In this document: positions 50,052-60,048 of the stretch, piece after piece | Layout of the letters: each line of letters begins with the position of its first letter | Position numbering within the stretch: the first letter of the stretch is position 1 | DNA from: a bacterium | GTDB lineage: Bacteria > Cyanobacteriota > Vampirovibrionia > Gastranaerophilales > UBA9971 | Assembly (NCBI GenBank): GCA_037147175.1 | Contig: JBAWVS010000006.1 | Span: 657 to 64,656 of the forward strand | DNA: 64,000 nucleotides | Reading direction: 5' to 3' | The notes under the pieces: model-generated | Told to the model about the DNA's origin: nothing | Databases searched by the model: none | Seen by the model: only the letters and a program-made list of their open reading frames with translations | Position numbers and translations under genes: made by a program

Positions 50052-52985
50052 CTATTTAACCTCCTCAACTTTGCCGAGAGAACTTAAATAAGGCTGCATG
50101 CTTTTGATGGTATTCTGGCTTGCAATCATTGAAATAACAGATGGCTGGTTTAAATAAGTTACAGCAGCATTTTTGATATCCTGCGGGGTTAATTCATTAA
50201 TGGCATCAAGCATTTTATTATGGTAATTCACTCCATAAGGTGTAGTATACCCTGCTTGAATCCTTGCAGACCTTCCAAAAGAACTTTCCGGATCATCAAG
50301 GAAGCGTGTTTTAACTTCCATTTTTGCCGTTTCAAGTTCCTGATCACTTACAGAATTTTTCATCAAATCATTTATATGCGTTCTAAAACCATCTAAAGAT
50401 TTTTGAACATTTTCATGAGTAGTACCTTTTAGACCGTCTTCGGTTGTTGTTTTTATCAAAAGCTTTATTATTCCAAAATTTCCGTCTGTCAAATAGTTTG
50501 ATTTCACTTTATAAGCAAGCTTTTGACTCTCTCTTAAGTCTGTATACAGTCTTGACTGACTGTTTCCACCAATGATTTCATTTAAAACTTTTAAAGCAGC
50601 CGTCTCTTTAATATTTTTACTTTCTTTAATCTTAAATATTTGTACTATATCAGCCTGATTTCGAGGTTCTGCTTCTGTTATTACTTTTGTTTCAGATAAA
50701 TTTTTTGATTCGGGGGCATTAACATGATGATGTTTTTGAACAAAAGCTATTCCTGATTGAAGCTGCATAAACACATCCTGACCTAAGCCCGGAGTTTTGC
50801 TGATCGGACCGTCTATCGCAATTTTTCCCTGAGAATTTTTGATTATTTCATTATATGAATCCTGAACATCCTGTAAGCTAATATTATCAATGTTCTCTAA
50901 AACTTTTTTTGCAGTTATTCCCCAGTTATTATCAGGGAATAAGATTTCCATAGCCTTGCTTGACGGGTCTTTAGGCATGCTGGAATACTTAACTTTTATT
51001 TCTTCTTTTGCTTTATTAAATTTTTCAACAGTAAAATCAGGGTTATAAAGTATTTCTTTCATTACACCAAGTGCCATTGGCAGTCTTTCTTTAGAGCAAT
51101 CCGCCGTTAAATTAATAGATTCTCCGTCAGTAACCGCTGATATACCTAAATTATATGTGTCTTTGATATTATTTAAGCGGTCTTCAGAATAATTTTTTGT
51201 TCCTTTATTAAGAATAAAAGATAATATATCTGCAACACCCGGTTTTAATGTCTTTAATCCTTCCGTTTCTACGGATAAATTTGCGCTTGTTCTTATTGAA
51301 TCAGGATCATCATTTATTGCTACACGTAAATTGTTTGGCAAATCATATTCTTTTATATTTTTAAACTTAAATTTATCCGAATTTTCAATAAATTCAGGTT
51401 TTTGCACAGTATTATTATCATCCTGAAGCTGTTTCTCAAGTTGGGATGACAAATTGTTTGAGGAAGAGAAATTAACTTCTGCTTTCTGACTTTCGGGGTG
51501 AACCATTACTATAGACGTTCTGTTAAGGTTTAAATATTTCTGTGCCGCAAGCTGAATATCCTGCGGTGTCAATTTTTCTATTTCATTTTGCATATTGGTA
51601 TAAGCAGCTATAGAACCATGTCCGGTAATCGCTTGTCCCACAAGATCTGCAACGCCCATCGAACTTTCGCTGAGTTGTGTTAAATTATCTTTAAGTTTAT
51701 TTTTAACTATCGATATTTCTTGTTGAGTTAAAGGCTGAGTTACCATGCTTTCTAAGGTTGAATAAATAGCTTTTAGTCCCTCTTCTTCTTTGCCGGGAGC
51801 AAACGCTGATCCCAAAGATATAAGCTGAGGAGCTTTAGAATCAGGATTTATAACACTTATCTCAACTGAGCCGTCAGTATTAAATTCTTTTAGTGTTTTT
51901 GAAAGTCTTGCATTTTCATAACCGGTTAAAGCGCTGCATAATGCTGAAGTTGCAACAGAATCTTTAATATCATTATTTTTCGGACCGGCAAAAGCCATGT
52001 TTAGCATCACGTTATCAACATGAGTGCTTTTCAAATCAGCCCTCACAGGATTTTGAATTAAATTTAGAGGCTGATAATAAGGCTCTTCATTTTTTTGAAC
52101 CGGTGAACCTTTTTTCTGATTAAATAATTTGCTTATTGTTTTTATTGCATTATCAGGATTTACTTCTCCAACAACTACTGTAGTCATATTATCAGGTCTA
52201 TACCACTCATTATAGTAAGCTAATACATCTTTTTTTGTCAAATTAGCTATTGTTTTTGAAGAACCGGCAATAAGTCCCTGATAATCAGTCTTTATTCCGA
52301 ATAAGTTTTTAAGCATAAGGTTAAATGACTTGTCAGAAGGGTCATCTTCATACATTTGAATTTCGGAAATCACAGGACCTTTTTCTTTTTCCAGCATTTT
52401 ATCGGAAAAAGTCGGATTTAGCAGCATATCAGCATGCATCGTCATAAATTTTTCAAAATCGCCTTCTTTATGCATCGGGGATTTTATAAAATATTCCGTA
52501 TTGGTTGTATTTGTTCCTGCATTGTATTGACCGCCCATACTCGTAACTTTTTCCACGAATTCATTGGGTCCGAGCTTGCTTGAACCGTTAAAAAGATTAT
52601 GCTCAATATAATGGCTAATACCTCTATTCTTTTCTTCGTTAAATGACCCGACCTTTGTAAAAGTTTTTATTGTTGTCGGTCCTTTTTTAGGGATAATTAC
52701 TACATTCTGACCGTTATCAAGCTTATAGAGTTTGCCTTTATCGAGAAGCGGCACATTAAAAGTCATTATTTCTTTGTAACCTTCATTGGAACAAGGCAAA
52801 ACTTGACTTCTCATGGACGCATTTATATCAGGCGCCTGAATTAATGAAGAATATGGCGGATATTGATAATGCTGGTATTGGTATTCCGGAGATGCATAAG
52901 GCTGGATTCTTGCAGCCGGAATAGTATTGTTATAAATAACATTACCTACAGGTATATATTTTAAATTAACCTTGTTAACGTCCAT
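50052..52985 (-). CDS. Large M16 (insulinase/pitrilysin) family zinc peptidase, tandem double unit
   Basis: Inverted zinc motif HYIEHNLFNGS (HxxEH) in the first unit, followed by a second, inactive-type M16 unit. The start at 52985 (MDVNKV, GGGGA upstream) is preferred over the track start at 53066. Confidence 0.8.
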   Translation of the reverse strand: MDVNKVNLKYIPVGNVIYNNTIPAARIQPYASPEYQYQHYQYPPYSSLIQAPDINASMRSQVLPCSNEGYKEIMTFNVPLLDKGKLYKLDNGQNVVIIPKKGPTTIKTFTKVGSFNEEKNRGISHYIEHNLFNGSSKLGPNEFVEKVTSMGGQYNAGTNTTNTEYFIKSPMHKEGDFEKFMTMHADMLLNPTFSDKMLEKEKGPVISEIQMYEDDPSDKSFNLMLKNLFGIKTDYQGLIAGSSKTIANLTKKDVLAYYNEWYRPDNMTTVVVGEVNPDNAIKTISKLFNQKKGSPVQKNEEPYYQPLNLIQNPVRADLKSTHVDNVMLNMAFAGPKNNDIKDSVATSALCSALTGYENARLSKTLKEFNTDGSVEISVINPDSKAPQLISLGSAFAPGKEEEGLKAIYSTLESMVTQPLTQQEISIVKNKLKDNLTQLSESSMGVADLVGQAITGHGSIAAYTNMQNEIEKLTPQDIQLAAQKYLNLNRTSIVMVHPESQKAEVNFSSSNNLSSQLEKQLQDDNNTVQKPEFIENSDKFKFKNIKEYDLPNNLRVAINDDPDSIRTSANLSVETEGLKTLKPGVADILSFILNKGTKNYSEDRLNNIKDTYNLGISAVTDGESINLTADCSKERLPMALGVMKEILYNPDFTVEKFNKAKEEIKVKYSSMPKDPSSKAMEILFPDNNWGITAKKVLENIDNISLQDVQDSYNEIIKNSQGKIAIDGPISKTPGLGQDVFMQLQSGIAFVQKHHHVNAPESKNLSETKVITEAEPRNQADIVQIFKIKESKNIKETAALKVLNEIIGGNSQSRLYTDLRESQKLAYKVKSNYLTDGNFGIIKLLIKTTTEDGLKGTTHENVQKSLDGFRTHINDLMKNSVSDQELETAKMEVKTRFLDDPESSFGRSARIQAGYTTPYGVNYHNKMLDAINELTPQDIKNAAVTYLNQPSVISMIASQNTIKSMQPYLSSLGKVEEVK

Positions 52986-53195
52986 CCAAATTCCCCGAAT
53001 CCAAAATATGTATCTAAATAAATAAAAACATATAATTTGCATAAATTGTTTTATTTTATAAAACAATTTTTATATTTTTTATAAAAGTTTTAAATCCTCC
53101 CTATATTTGCCTATCTTGCTAATGTAAACAAAGTAATATTCCTTCATAATTAATCAAAATAATTTATAAATAATTTCTGTAAGGAGGAGTAAAAA

Positions 53196-53513
53196 ATGAG
53201 TGAACATATCACGGCAGAAGAACTTAACGGTGGAAAACAGCATAATTTAAAAGAAAAAGGCGAAGAATTAAAACAAAAAGCTTTAGAAATACAGAAACAA
53301 TTATCAGAAAATTTAGACAGTCTTATGAGTTCAACAGCAAAAAATCTTGATAAAGCTGCTGAAAAAATTCATGAAACTGCAGAATTTTTTAGAGAACGAG
53401 ATTCTGATACGTTAAAAAAAGATTTTTCGCACGTAGTAAAAAAACACCCTGAAAAAGCTCTGGGCGGAGCTTTACTGATTGGATTTTTAATCGGAAAAAT
53501 CCTTTTTAAATAA
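53196..53513 (+). CDS. DUF883/YqjD-ElaB-like C-tail-anchored protein
   Basis: Helical hydrophilic N-terminus plus the C-terminal HPEKALGGALLIGFLIGKILFK anchor pattern. GGAGG RBS. Confidence 0.6.
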   Translation: MSEHITAEELNGGKQHNLKEKGEELKQKALEIQKQLSENLDSLMSSTAKNLDKAAEKIHETAEFFRERDSDTLKKDFSHVVKKHPEKALGGALLIGFLIGKILFK

Positions 53514-53539
53514 AAAATAAATTTATTTGTAGGTGAACA

Positions 53540-53953
53540 ATGTCAGAAGAAAATAAATCCGGTGAACAAGTAGAACTAATAGACCTGTTTAAAAATCTTA
53601 TTTATAATTTTGTTTCTCTTATTTCCCAGCATATAAAATTTTTTAAAGAAGAAATAAAAGAAGAGCTTTTTATAATTATAAAATCCACTTTTCTTATACT
53701 GGCGGCATCTATTGTCGCGATAATTGCGACATTTTTTTGCGGAATTTTTCTGATAATTACTTTTTCATTATTTACTTCTTTATGGCTGTCTATATTAATT
53801 GTTACGATTTTATATTTGCTGACAGCGTCTATTTTGTTTGCTTATGCTAAATCCCGGCTTAAAAAAATCGGTAAAAACAGGGGGAAATTTGCTGAAGAAA
53901 CTGCTAAAACTTTGGAGGAAACAAAAAAATGGCTGGAACAGCTAAAACCTTAA
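53540..53953 (+). CDS. YqjE-like (DUF1469 / holin-X-type) two-TM membrane protein
   Basis: Amphipathic acidic N-terminus, two long TM helices and a basic C-terminus. Position after the DUF883 gene matches E. coli yqjD-yqjE-yqjK. Confidence 0.5.
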   Translation: MSEENKSGEQVELIDLFKNLIYNFVSLISQHIKFFKEEIKEELFIIIKSTFLILAASIVAIIATFFCGIFLIITFSLFTSLWLSILIVTILYLLTASILFAYAKSRLKKIGKNRGKFAEETAKTLEETKKWLEQLKP

Positions 53954-54192
53954 GCAAAATAAACAATATACGGGAAGAAATATCTCATATAGTTGATTTA
54001 TTATCCAGAAAACGCAATATGAAAGTAGATATAGTACAGGCCATAAAGGAACAGCCTTTAGATTCGATGATTTTTGCGGTTTTAACAGGTTTTCTGGCAG
54101 GAATTCTTTCCAATAAAATAAAAAGTTTATTTAAATTAGCTCTTTTAACCTATGCAACAAAACAAAGCATATCCCGCTTAATTAAAAAATAA
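53929..54192 (+). CDS. YqjK-like small membrane protein
   Basis: 87 aa with one central TM. Overlaps the preceding gene by 25 nt, and its position mirrors yqjK. Confidence 0.4.
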   Translation: MAGTAKTLSKINNIREEISHIVDLLSRKRNMKVDIVQAIKEQPLDSMIFAVLTGFLAGILSNKIKSLFKLALLTYATKQSISRLIKK

Positions 54193-54226
54193 GGTAGGAT
54201 ATGCTGTTTGTTTATTAATATTAATT

Positions 54227-54562
54227 TTAAGCTGCTGCTTCTGCGGCCTGTTTCTTTTCAGCTTCTAATTTTGCTTTTGCTTTTTTAGAAAGTTTCTTCT
54301 CTTCCGGTTCAGCTTTTTTAACTAAAATTCCGGCTTCGCTGCTGTTGTCGATTAAATATTTAACGGTTTCAGAAGGCTGAGCCCCATTTTTAATCCACTC
54401 AAGAGCCTTTGTTTTATCAAGTTTTAATTCTTTTTTCTTTGGATTATAGAAACCAAGCTCTAAAATAGCCTTGCCTTCTCTTTTTTCTCTGCTGTCTATA
54501 ACAATAATTCTATATATAGGATTTCTTTTTGCTCCTAATCTTTTTAAGCGAATTTTTACCAT
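54227..54562 (-). CDS. rpsP: 30S ribosomal protein S16 with a Lys/Ala/Glu-rich C-terminal tail
   Basis: [21 protein letters not shown]... Confidence 0.95.
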   Translation of the reverse strand: MVKIRLKRLGAKRNPIYRIIVIDSREKREGKAILELGFYNPKKKELKLDKTKALEWIKNGAQPSETVKYLIDNSSEAGILVKKAEPEEKKLSKKAKAKLEAEKKQAAEAAA

Positions 54563-54664
54563 GCTCTGAAATTCTCCATAATCTTTTCTTTATTCTTTAA
54601 TATAGTTACCACAACAGCAATTCATAAGCAAGTATTATGTTTTTTATTGCCCGCTTAAAAAAAC

Positions 54665-55549
54665 TTATTCAGGAATTCCTATTCTGATAACAGTATTTTT
54701 ATCCTGCTCGGAAACGTATAGCACGCCTGTTTTATTTAAATAAAGATAATAAGGTTTTACGACATCTTTTAGAATAACTTTTACTAAACCGCTTTTATCG
54801 ATTTTTATAACATTATTCAAAAGATAATTTGCAACATAAATATTATCTTTTGAATCAACAGCTATACCAACAGGACCTTTTATAAGTTCATTTTTTATTG
54901 TGTTTTTAATTTTGCCGTCAGGGGAAATAACATTAATCGTATCAGAACCGAAATTTGCGATGTACAAATCTCCCTTATTGTTCTCTGCTATACCTGTAGG
55001 ACCGCTAAAATCTGTAAATGTAAACTTTGTTGTATTTGCAGGTACAGAGTGAGGCGGCTCATTTATTACATAATCATTTATTTTTTTGTTAATTTTCTTA
55101 AAAAGCGTCATAGAGTCCTGATAAGACGGGCTGGTTTTTTCAACAGAATTTAAATAAATCAGTGCTTTTTCATAATCCTGTTTTTCAAAGTACAAACCTG
55201 CAAGCAAATAAGCTGCTTCATCATCGTTAGGATCGTTTCTCAGCAAAAGTTGAAAAGCTTTTATTGATTTATCTCTGTTCCCTATACATTTATACACCGA
55301 ACCAAGATTGTAATAAGCATTGGTTAAAGACGAATCAGTTTCTATTGCTTTTTTAAAATAAGTTATAGCCTGATCATAGTTGCCTTTTTTAGTGTAGTTT
55401 ATGCCCATATTGTTATAATTTACGGCATCTTGATCATAAGCCCGAACAGGATTTGAGGAAACAAAACAAAAACACCCGATTAAGCAGATTAAAATTTTTA
55501 AAGTCAGAGATTTAATATTTTTCATAAAAAGCCCTTTCATTATTATCAT
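54665..55549 (-). CDS. Secreted TPR plus NHL-repeat protein
   Basis: Signal peptide, three or four TPR units (YNNMGINYTKKGNYDQAITYFKKAIE...), then NHL repeats (GPTGIAENNKGDLYIANF, GPVGIAVDSKDNIYVANY). Confidence 0.7.
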   Translation of the reverse strand: MIIMKGLFMKNIKSLTLKILICLIGCFCFVSSNPVRAYDQDAVNYNNMGINYTKKGNYDQAITYFKKAIETDSSLTNAYYNLGSVYKCIGNRDKSIKAFQLLLRNDPNDDEAAYLLAGLYFEKQDYEKALIYLNSVEKTSPSYQDSMTLFKKINKKINDYVINEPPHSVPANTTKFTFTDFSGPTGIAENNKGDLYIANFGSDTINVISPDGKIKNTIKNELIKGPVGIAVDSKDNIYVANYLLNNVIKIDKSGLVKVILKDVVKPYYLYLNKTGVLYVSEQDKNTVIRIGIPE

Positions 55550-55635
55550 TGAGAGGCGGCATTTTATTCCGTTCTGTCAATCCATTAATTATACATTTTG
55601 GAGTTTTAATTATGAATAGTGCATTAACAGTAATT

Positions 55636-56304
55636 TTAAAAAATTTTTTTTTGCTCACAAAGAACTTTGCCGAGGAAAGTTGTTCTGTGCCATTTGCAGG
55701 CGCCATGTTCTCTTAACGCTTCTCTATGTGCTTTTGTTGGATAGCCTTTGTTTTTTGACCATCCATATTCGGGAAAGCCTTTTGCAAGCTCCTGCATTAA
55801 TTCATCCCTGTAAACTTTAGCCAGAATACTTGCCGCCGCAATCGAAGCCGAAAGCGTATCACCTTTTTTAACAGCCTTTTGTTGATAATTATATTTAGGA
55901 ATAATAAAATTCCCGTCTACAAGTATAATTAAATTTTCTTGTGAATTCATCTGCTCTATTAAATTTTCGCAGGATTTTCTCATCGCAAGCAACGATGCCT
56001 GAAGAATATTTATTTTATCAATCTCTTCAACAGAACTTTCCTTAATACTGTATTTTGCTACTGATTTTATCTCTTCAGAAAGCTCTTTTCTAAGCTTGGG
56101 ATTAGATGAAAATTTTTTTGAATCATCAATAAACTTAATAACTTCGCAAACTTTTTCGCTAAGTTCAGGGAAATAAACAGCACTTGCAACTACAGGACCT
56201 GCAACAGGCCCTCGACCTGCTTCATCCGTACCGATAACCACAAGACCATGCCTGCGGTCAAATTCGACCAATTCATCAATTTTTGATTTACGGAATGTCC
56301 TCAA
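55636..56304 (-). CDS. rnhB: Ribonuclease HII
   Basis: GTDEAGRGPVAGPVV, DDSK, and ASI.AK..RD. Confidence 0.95.
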   Translation of the reverse strand: MRTFRKSKIDELVEFDRRHGLVVIGTDEAGRGPVAGPVVASAVYFPELSEKVCEVIKFIDDSKKFSSNPKLRKELSEEIKSVAKYSIKESSVEEIDKINILQASLLAMRKSCENLIEQMNSQENLIILVDGNFIIPKYNYQQKAVKKGDTLSASIAAASILAKVYRDELMQELAKGFPEYGWSKNKGYPTKAHREALREHGACKWHRTTFLGKVLCEQKKIF

Positions 56305-57127
56305 GCGTAATTCTTCCTATTCTTCCCTGCCTGAAATCAGTTAAAACAAGCGATGCACATCTGTCTATATCAGGTTTTCCTGCAGTTAACAATAAATTTC
56401 TCGCAATTGCCACATCCTCAACAGTGGGAATTTCTTCACATTTTAGTCTGTAATATTCACAAAAAAGCTGCGGATACCTTTCATAAACAAGAGATACAAG
56501 AACATTTGCAACTTCAATTTTATCATAAGCAGCTTCACCGACAGAATTAACCATTGCCAGCTTAAAAGCACGCTCCTGTGTATCCAGCTTCATGGGGATA
56601 ATACCGGGAGTATCAAGCAATTCCAGCTTAGGATTGATTCTTACCCACTGAGCTGCTCTTGTTACACCTGCTTTTGCGCCGACTTTAACTTTAGAAGTTT
56701 TTATTAATTTATTAATTATGCTCGATTTTCCGACATTTGGCATGCCAACAACCATTGCTCTTACGGGGCGCGGTAATCTTCCTTTGGCGACTAGTTTTTC
56801 TATCTCGGGTCGACCAAGTTCAATAGCTTCTTTAATTACTGAAGAAATATCCTTGCCCGTTGTCGCACTGGTCATAATAACTTTTAGACCCGTTTTTTCC
56901 TCAAGATGTTTCATCCATTTTGAGTTGGTCTCGGGATCTGCAACATCGGATTTGTTTAAAAGCATTAATCTGGGCTTGCTGCCCAATAATTTGTCCAAAT
57001 TATCATACAAACTGCTGTGAGGTATCCGTGCATCAAGAACTTCAAAGACGACATCAACAAGTTTTACCTGTTCTTTCAGTTTTCTTTCAGCTTTTGCAAT
57101 ATGTCCGGGGTACCAATTTATAGCCAT
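56288..57127 (-). CDS. rbgA: Ribosome biogenesis GTPase A (YlqF/RbgA), circularly permuted GTPase
   Basis: WYPGHIAKA, the permuted order NKSD ... GMPNVGKSS ... DTPG. Confidence 0.9.
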   Translation of the reverse strand: MAINWYPGHIAKAERKLKEQVKLVDVVFEVLDARIPHSSLYDNLDKLLGSKPRLMLLNKSDVADPETNSKWMKHLEEKTGLKVIMTSATTGKDISSVIKEAIELGRPEIEKLVAKGRLPRPVRAMVVGMPNVGKSSIINKLIKTSKVKVGAKAGVTRAAQWVRINPKLELLDTPGIIPMKLDTQERAFKLAMVNSVGEAAYDKIEVANVLVSLVYERYPQLFCEYYRLKCEEIPTVEDVAIARNLLLTAGKPDIDRCASLVLTDFRQGRIGRITLEDIP

Positions 57128-57159
57128 TTTTTATACCGTTCTTATAGTTATGAATTGCC

Positions 57160-57187
57160 AAAGAGGGGAACTTTGCCCCCTCTTTTT
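57160..57187. terminator. GC-rich hairpin between rplS and ylqF (terminator or attenuator)
   Basis: AAAGAGGGG-loop-CCCCTCTTT followed by TT on the plus strand. On the coding (minus) strand the U-tract is poor. Confidence 0.45.
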
Positions 57188-57216
57188 AGTAATTCATTAA
57201 CAATTTATTTTGTAAT

Positions 57217-57567
57217 TTATCTTGTTGTTTTTTCTTTAATACGTGTAGCTTTACCGGTTCTCTCTCTGAGATAATAAAGTTTTGCTCTTCTAACAAGACC
57301 GCTTCTAAGTACTTTAATCTGTTCAACTCTTGGAGAATTAACAGGGAAAACTCTTTCTACTCCAACACCTTGAAAAACTCTTCTTACGGTGATGGTTTGA
57401 CCTGCTCCGCTGCCGCGTTTTTTGATAATTACGCCTTCAAAAGCCTGTGTTCTTTCTTTATTGCCTTCTTTAATCCTTACGAAAACTTTTACGGTATCGC
57501 CAGGGTTTAATCTTGGTAAATCTGTCTTTGCAACTTCTTTTGCTAATTCTTGAATGATATTGCTCAT
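57217..57567 (-). CDS. rplS: 50S ribosomal protein L19
   Basis: MSNIIQEL... PGDTVKV..RI.EGNKER.Q.FEGV. AAGGA RBS before the ATG at 57567. The track ORF is extended 24 codons upstream. Confidence 0.95.
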   Translation of the reverse strand: MSNIIQELAKEVAKTDLPRLNPGDTVKVFVRIKEGNKERTQAFEGVIIKKRGSGAGQTITVRRVFQGVGVERVFPVNSPRVEQIKVLRSGLVRRAKLYYLRERTGKATRIKEKTTR

Positions 57568-57662
57568 TTTCAATTTCCTTATATTATTTATAAAATTACT
57601 ATTTTTTAATTTATGTAATGTTGATAATATTTTAAACAAAGCATTTATTCAAGAGGCTTTTT

Positions 57663-58682
57663 TTATTTAACTTTAATATCTCTCAATAATTTTGCGTTTA
57701 CTTCAGGAGTAGAAATATTTATAAAAATCCCTGTTCCCAGTTCAAAGCCTGCCGGAGTAGTAATTCTGGGGATTAATTCAATATGCCAGTGATAATAATT
57801 ATCCGTTCTTGCTTTTGCGGGCGAAGTATGAATAAAATAATTGTAAGGCGTGCCTTTAAGAGCTTCATGATGTCTATATAAAACATCTTTCATCACTTCA
57901 GCAAGACTTGTTGTTTCTGATTCAGTCAAAGCCTCAAAAAAACTACTGTGAAATTTAGGCAAAATCCATGTTTCAAAAGGAACTTTTGCGGCATAAGGCA
58001 TAAATGCAATAAATTTGTCATTTTCAAAAACAATTCTTGATTTCTCTTTTAATTCCAGATCAATCATATCGCAATAAATACAGGTGCTTTTTTCCTTGTA
58101 ATAACCTTCTGCTAAAGAAAGTTCCTGTTCTACCAGCGGAGGAATTATGGGGATGCCGATAATCTGGCTATGAGAATGCGAAATGCTTGCACCTGCCTTT
58201 TTACCGCTATTTTTAAATATAAGCACATATTTAATATGTTTTTCCTGAGAAATAGCGATATATCTTTCTTTATAAGCATTAATAACAAGTTCTATCTGTT
58301 TTAAACTGTAATGAGCCATATTTTTTGAGTGATGCGGAGTTTCTATAATAACTTCGGACTTGCCTTCCGCATAAGAATAAATCTCCATATAATTATTACT
58401 GTTTACAGAAAAATGTTTTTCATTATCCACCGCAGGAAATTTGTTGGAAACCACTCTTAAATCCCATCCCGTAGAATCCTGCAAACCTTCTTTTCTTCCG
58501 TAAACAAGAACTTCATTCGGCGTAGAATGTTCATTTCCATAACAAAAATGACAATCATGATGATGTTCTATATGATGATAATGGCTAACACCGGGCGAAA
58601 CATGACTATCAGGCCTTTTCGCTCTTTCAGGAGCCAGAATTACCCAGTTTCCCGATAAAGGATTTTTTCTCATTTCAGGCAT
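57663..58682 (-). CDS. galT: Galactose-1-phosphate uridylyltransferase-family (HIT superfamily) nucleotidyltransferase
   Basis: Zn site HDCHFCYGNE and the active-site motif SHSHSQ (HxHxQ). Confidence 0.75.
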   Translation of the reverse strand: MPEMRKNPLSGNWVILAPERAKRPDSHVSPGVSHYHHIEHHHDCHFCYGNEHSTPNEVLVYGRKEGLQDSTGWDLRVVSNKFPAVDNEKHFSVNSNNYMEIYSYAEGKSEVIIETPHHSKNMAHYSLKQIELVINAYKERYIAISQEKHIKYVLIFKNSGKKAGASISHSHSQIIGIPIIPPLVEQELSLAEGYYKEKSTCIYCDMIDLELKEKSRIVFENDKFIAFMPYAAKVPFETWILPKFHSSFFEALTESETTSLAEVMKDVLYRHHEALKGTPYNYFIHTSPAKARTDNYYHWHIELIPRITTPAGFELGTGIFINISTPEVNAKLLRDIKVK

Positions 58683-58709
58683 TTTTATAATTTCTTTCTA
58701 ACAAAAAAC

Positions 58710-60047
58710 CTATTGCTGAAGCCTATATATGTCCGAATAAGTATCGTAATTATAAAGATTTACCCCTGTTTTAGAAATCGTATTTCTGAAATTATTATAC
58801 ATCGGCAAATTTTTATGGTCATCAGTCATAAGGGCTTTATAGCAATTTTTAGCTGTTTCAATACTTTCTTGCCTTGTAAGAGGTCTGCCTACAAGTATTT
58901 TTGAAGCGGAATTATAACCGATCATCGAAACTGTAATTTCTTCCTCAAGTGAATCTTTGTGCTTATCTTCTATCAAAGAAGCGACTGCATGTCCCATTTC
59001 ATGCATAACTGTCATAAGCGCATACATATTGTCATGATAGGAAGATTTCGGACTTTTATACATATTAATAATATTTTCGCCAAGATTTACCGTAATATTT
59101 TTTTCCTGCATTGTCCCAAAGGTATATAAAGGGAAAAAACCGCCGAGCATTATTTGTTTGTTGGTTGTAGTTTCTTCTATATAGGCATTGGTTTGTTCTT
59201 TGCCGCCAAAAACTATTTGTATCGGGATTTTATGTTCAATAATTTCATTTATAAGTATTCGGCCGTCTTCATCATTCCACAACAAATCAAGCATTTCATA
59301 AGTCTTCTCAAAATCATCTTTATATTTAAGAACAGCATTGGTTTTTACAAGGTCATAAAGGACAGGAGGTGCTTTTGTTACATTATCAATATTAGCGATG
59401 CGGATTTTAAACTGGCAATCTCTTAGCTCTTGGCGAGCATAAGGCAAGTTTGGATTTTCCTGTTGATTGTTAGAAACTGCTACAGCTTTTTCAAAATAAT
59501 AAGCCGCTTTATTAAAGTCACCGTCTTTTTTGCACTCATTGCCCATCACGCAATATATATCAAACTTATCCGCAGCAATTTGAACGTATTTTTCGCCGTT
59601 TTTCAGGCACAAATCTTTATTTCCTGCTTTAGCATAAAATTCACATAAATTATAATAAATGTTTTTGTCTGACGGTGATAATTTAGCATAATACTCAAGG
59701 TATTTAGCGGCTTCGGCATACTGTTTTTTTCGTTCATATACACCGCTAAGATTTGAATAAGCGAAAGCATTAGACGGTTCCAGCCGAATCGTTTTTTTAT
59801 AGCATATTTCAGCATTGTTTAAATCATTTATTCTGGAATAAGCCACACCGAGATTATTATAAATATCCGCCTCGTTCGGATAAATAAGCAATGCATTTTT
59901 ATAATTTTGAATGGCTGTCTGGTAATTACCGCTTTTTAACGCCTTATAAGCATTCTGAAGATAGTTGTTATACTGCTGTGGACTTGCTAAAGCAGTTGAA
60001 TTAAGACTTAAAGCTATAACTATTATAAAAAACTTTATTTTATTCAC
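58710..60047 (-). CDS. Secreted TPR-repeat protein with a C-terminal HExxH domain
   Basis: Signal peptide, about 5 TPR units in the N-terminal half, and a C-terminal region with YALMTVMHEMGHAVAS. Confidence 0.6.
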   Translation of the reverse strand: MNKIKFFIIVIALSLNSTALASPQQYNNYLQNAYKALKSGNYQTAIQNYKNALLIYPNEADIYNNLGVAYSRINDLNNAEICYKKTIRLEPSNAFAYSNLSGVYERKKQYAEAAKYLEYYAKLSPSDKNIYYNLCEFYAKAGNKDLCLKNGEKYVQIAADKFDIYCVMGNECKKDGDFNKAAYYFEKAVAVSNNQQENPNLPYARQELRDCQFKIRIANIDNVTKAPPVLYDLVKTNAVLKYKDDFEKTYEMLDLLWNDEDGRILINEIIEHKIPIQIVFGGKEQTNAYIEETTTNKQIMLGGFFPLYTFGTMQEKNITVNLGENIINMYKSPKSSYHDNMYALMTVMHEMGHAVASLIEDKHKDSLEEEITVSMIGYNSASKILVGRPLTRQESIETAKNCYKALMTDDHKNLPMYNNFRNTISKTGVNLYNYDTYSDIYRLQQ

Positions 60048-60048
60048 T

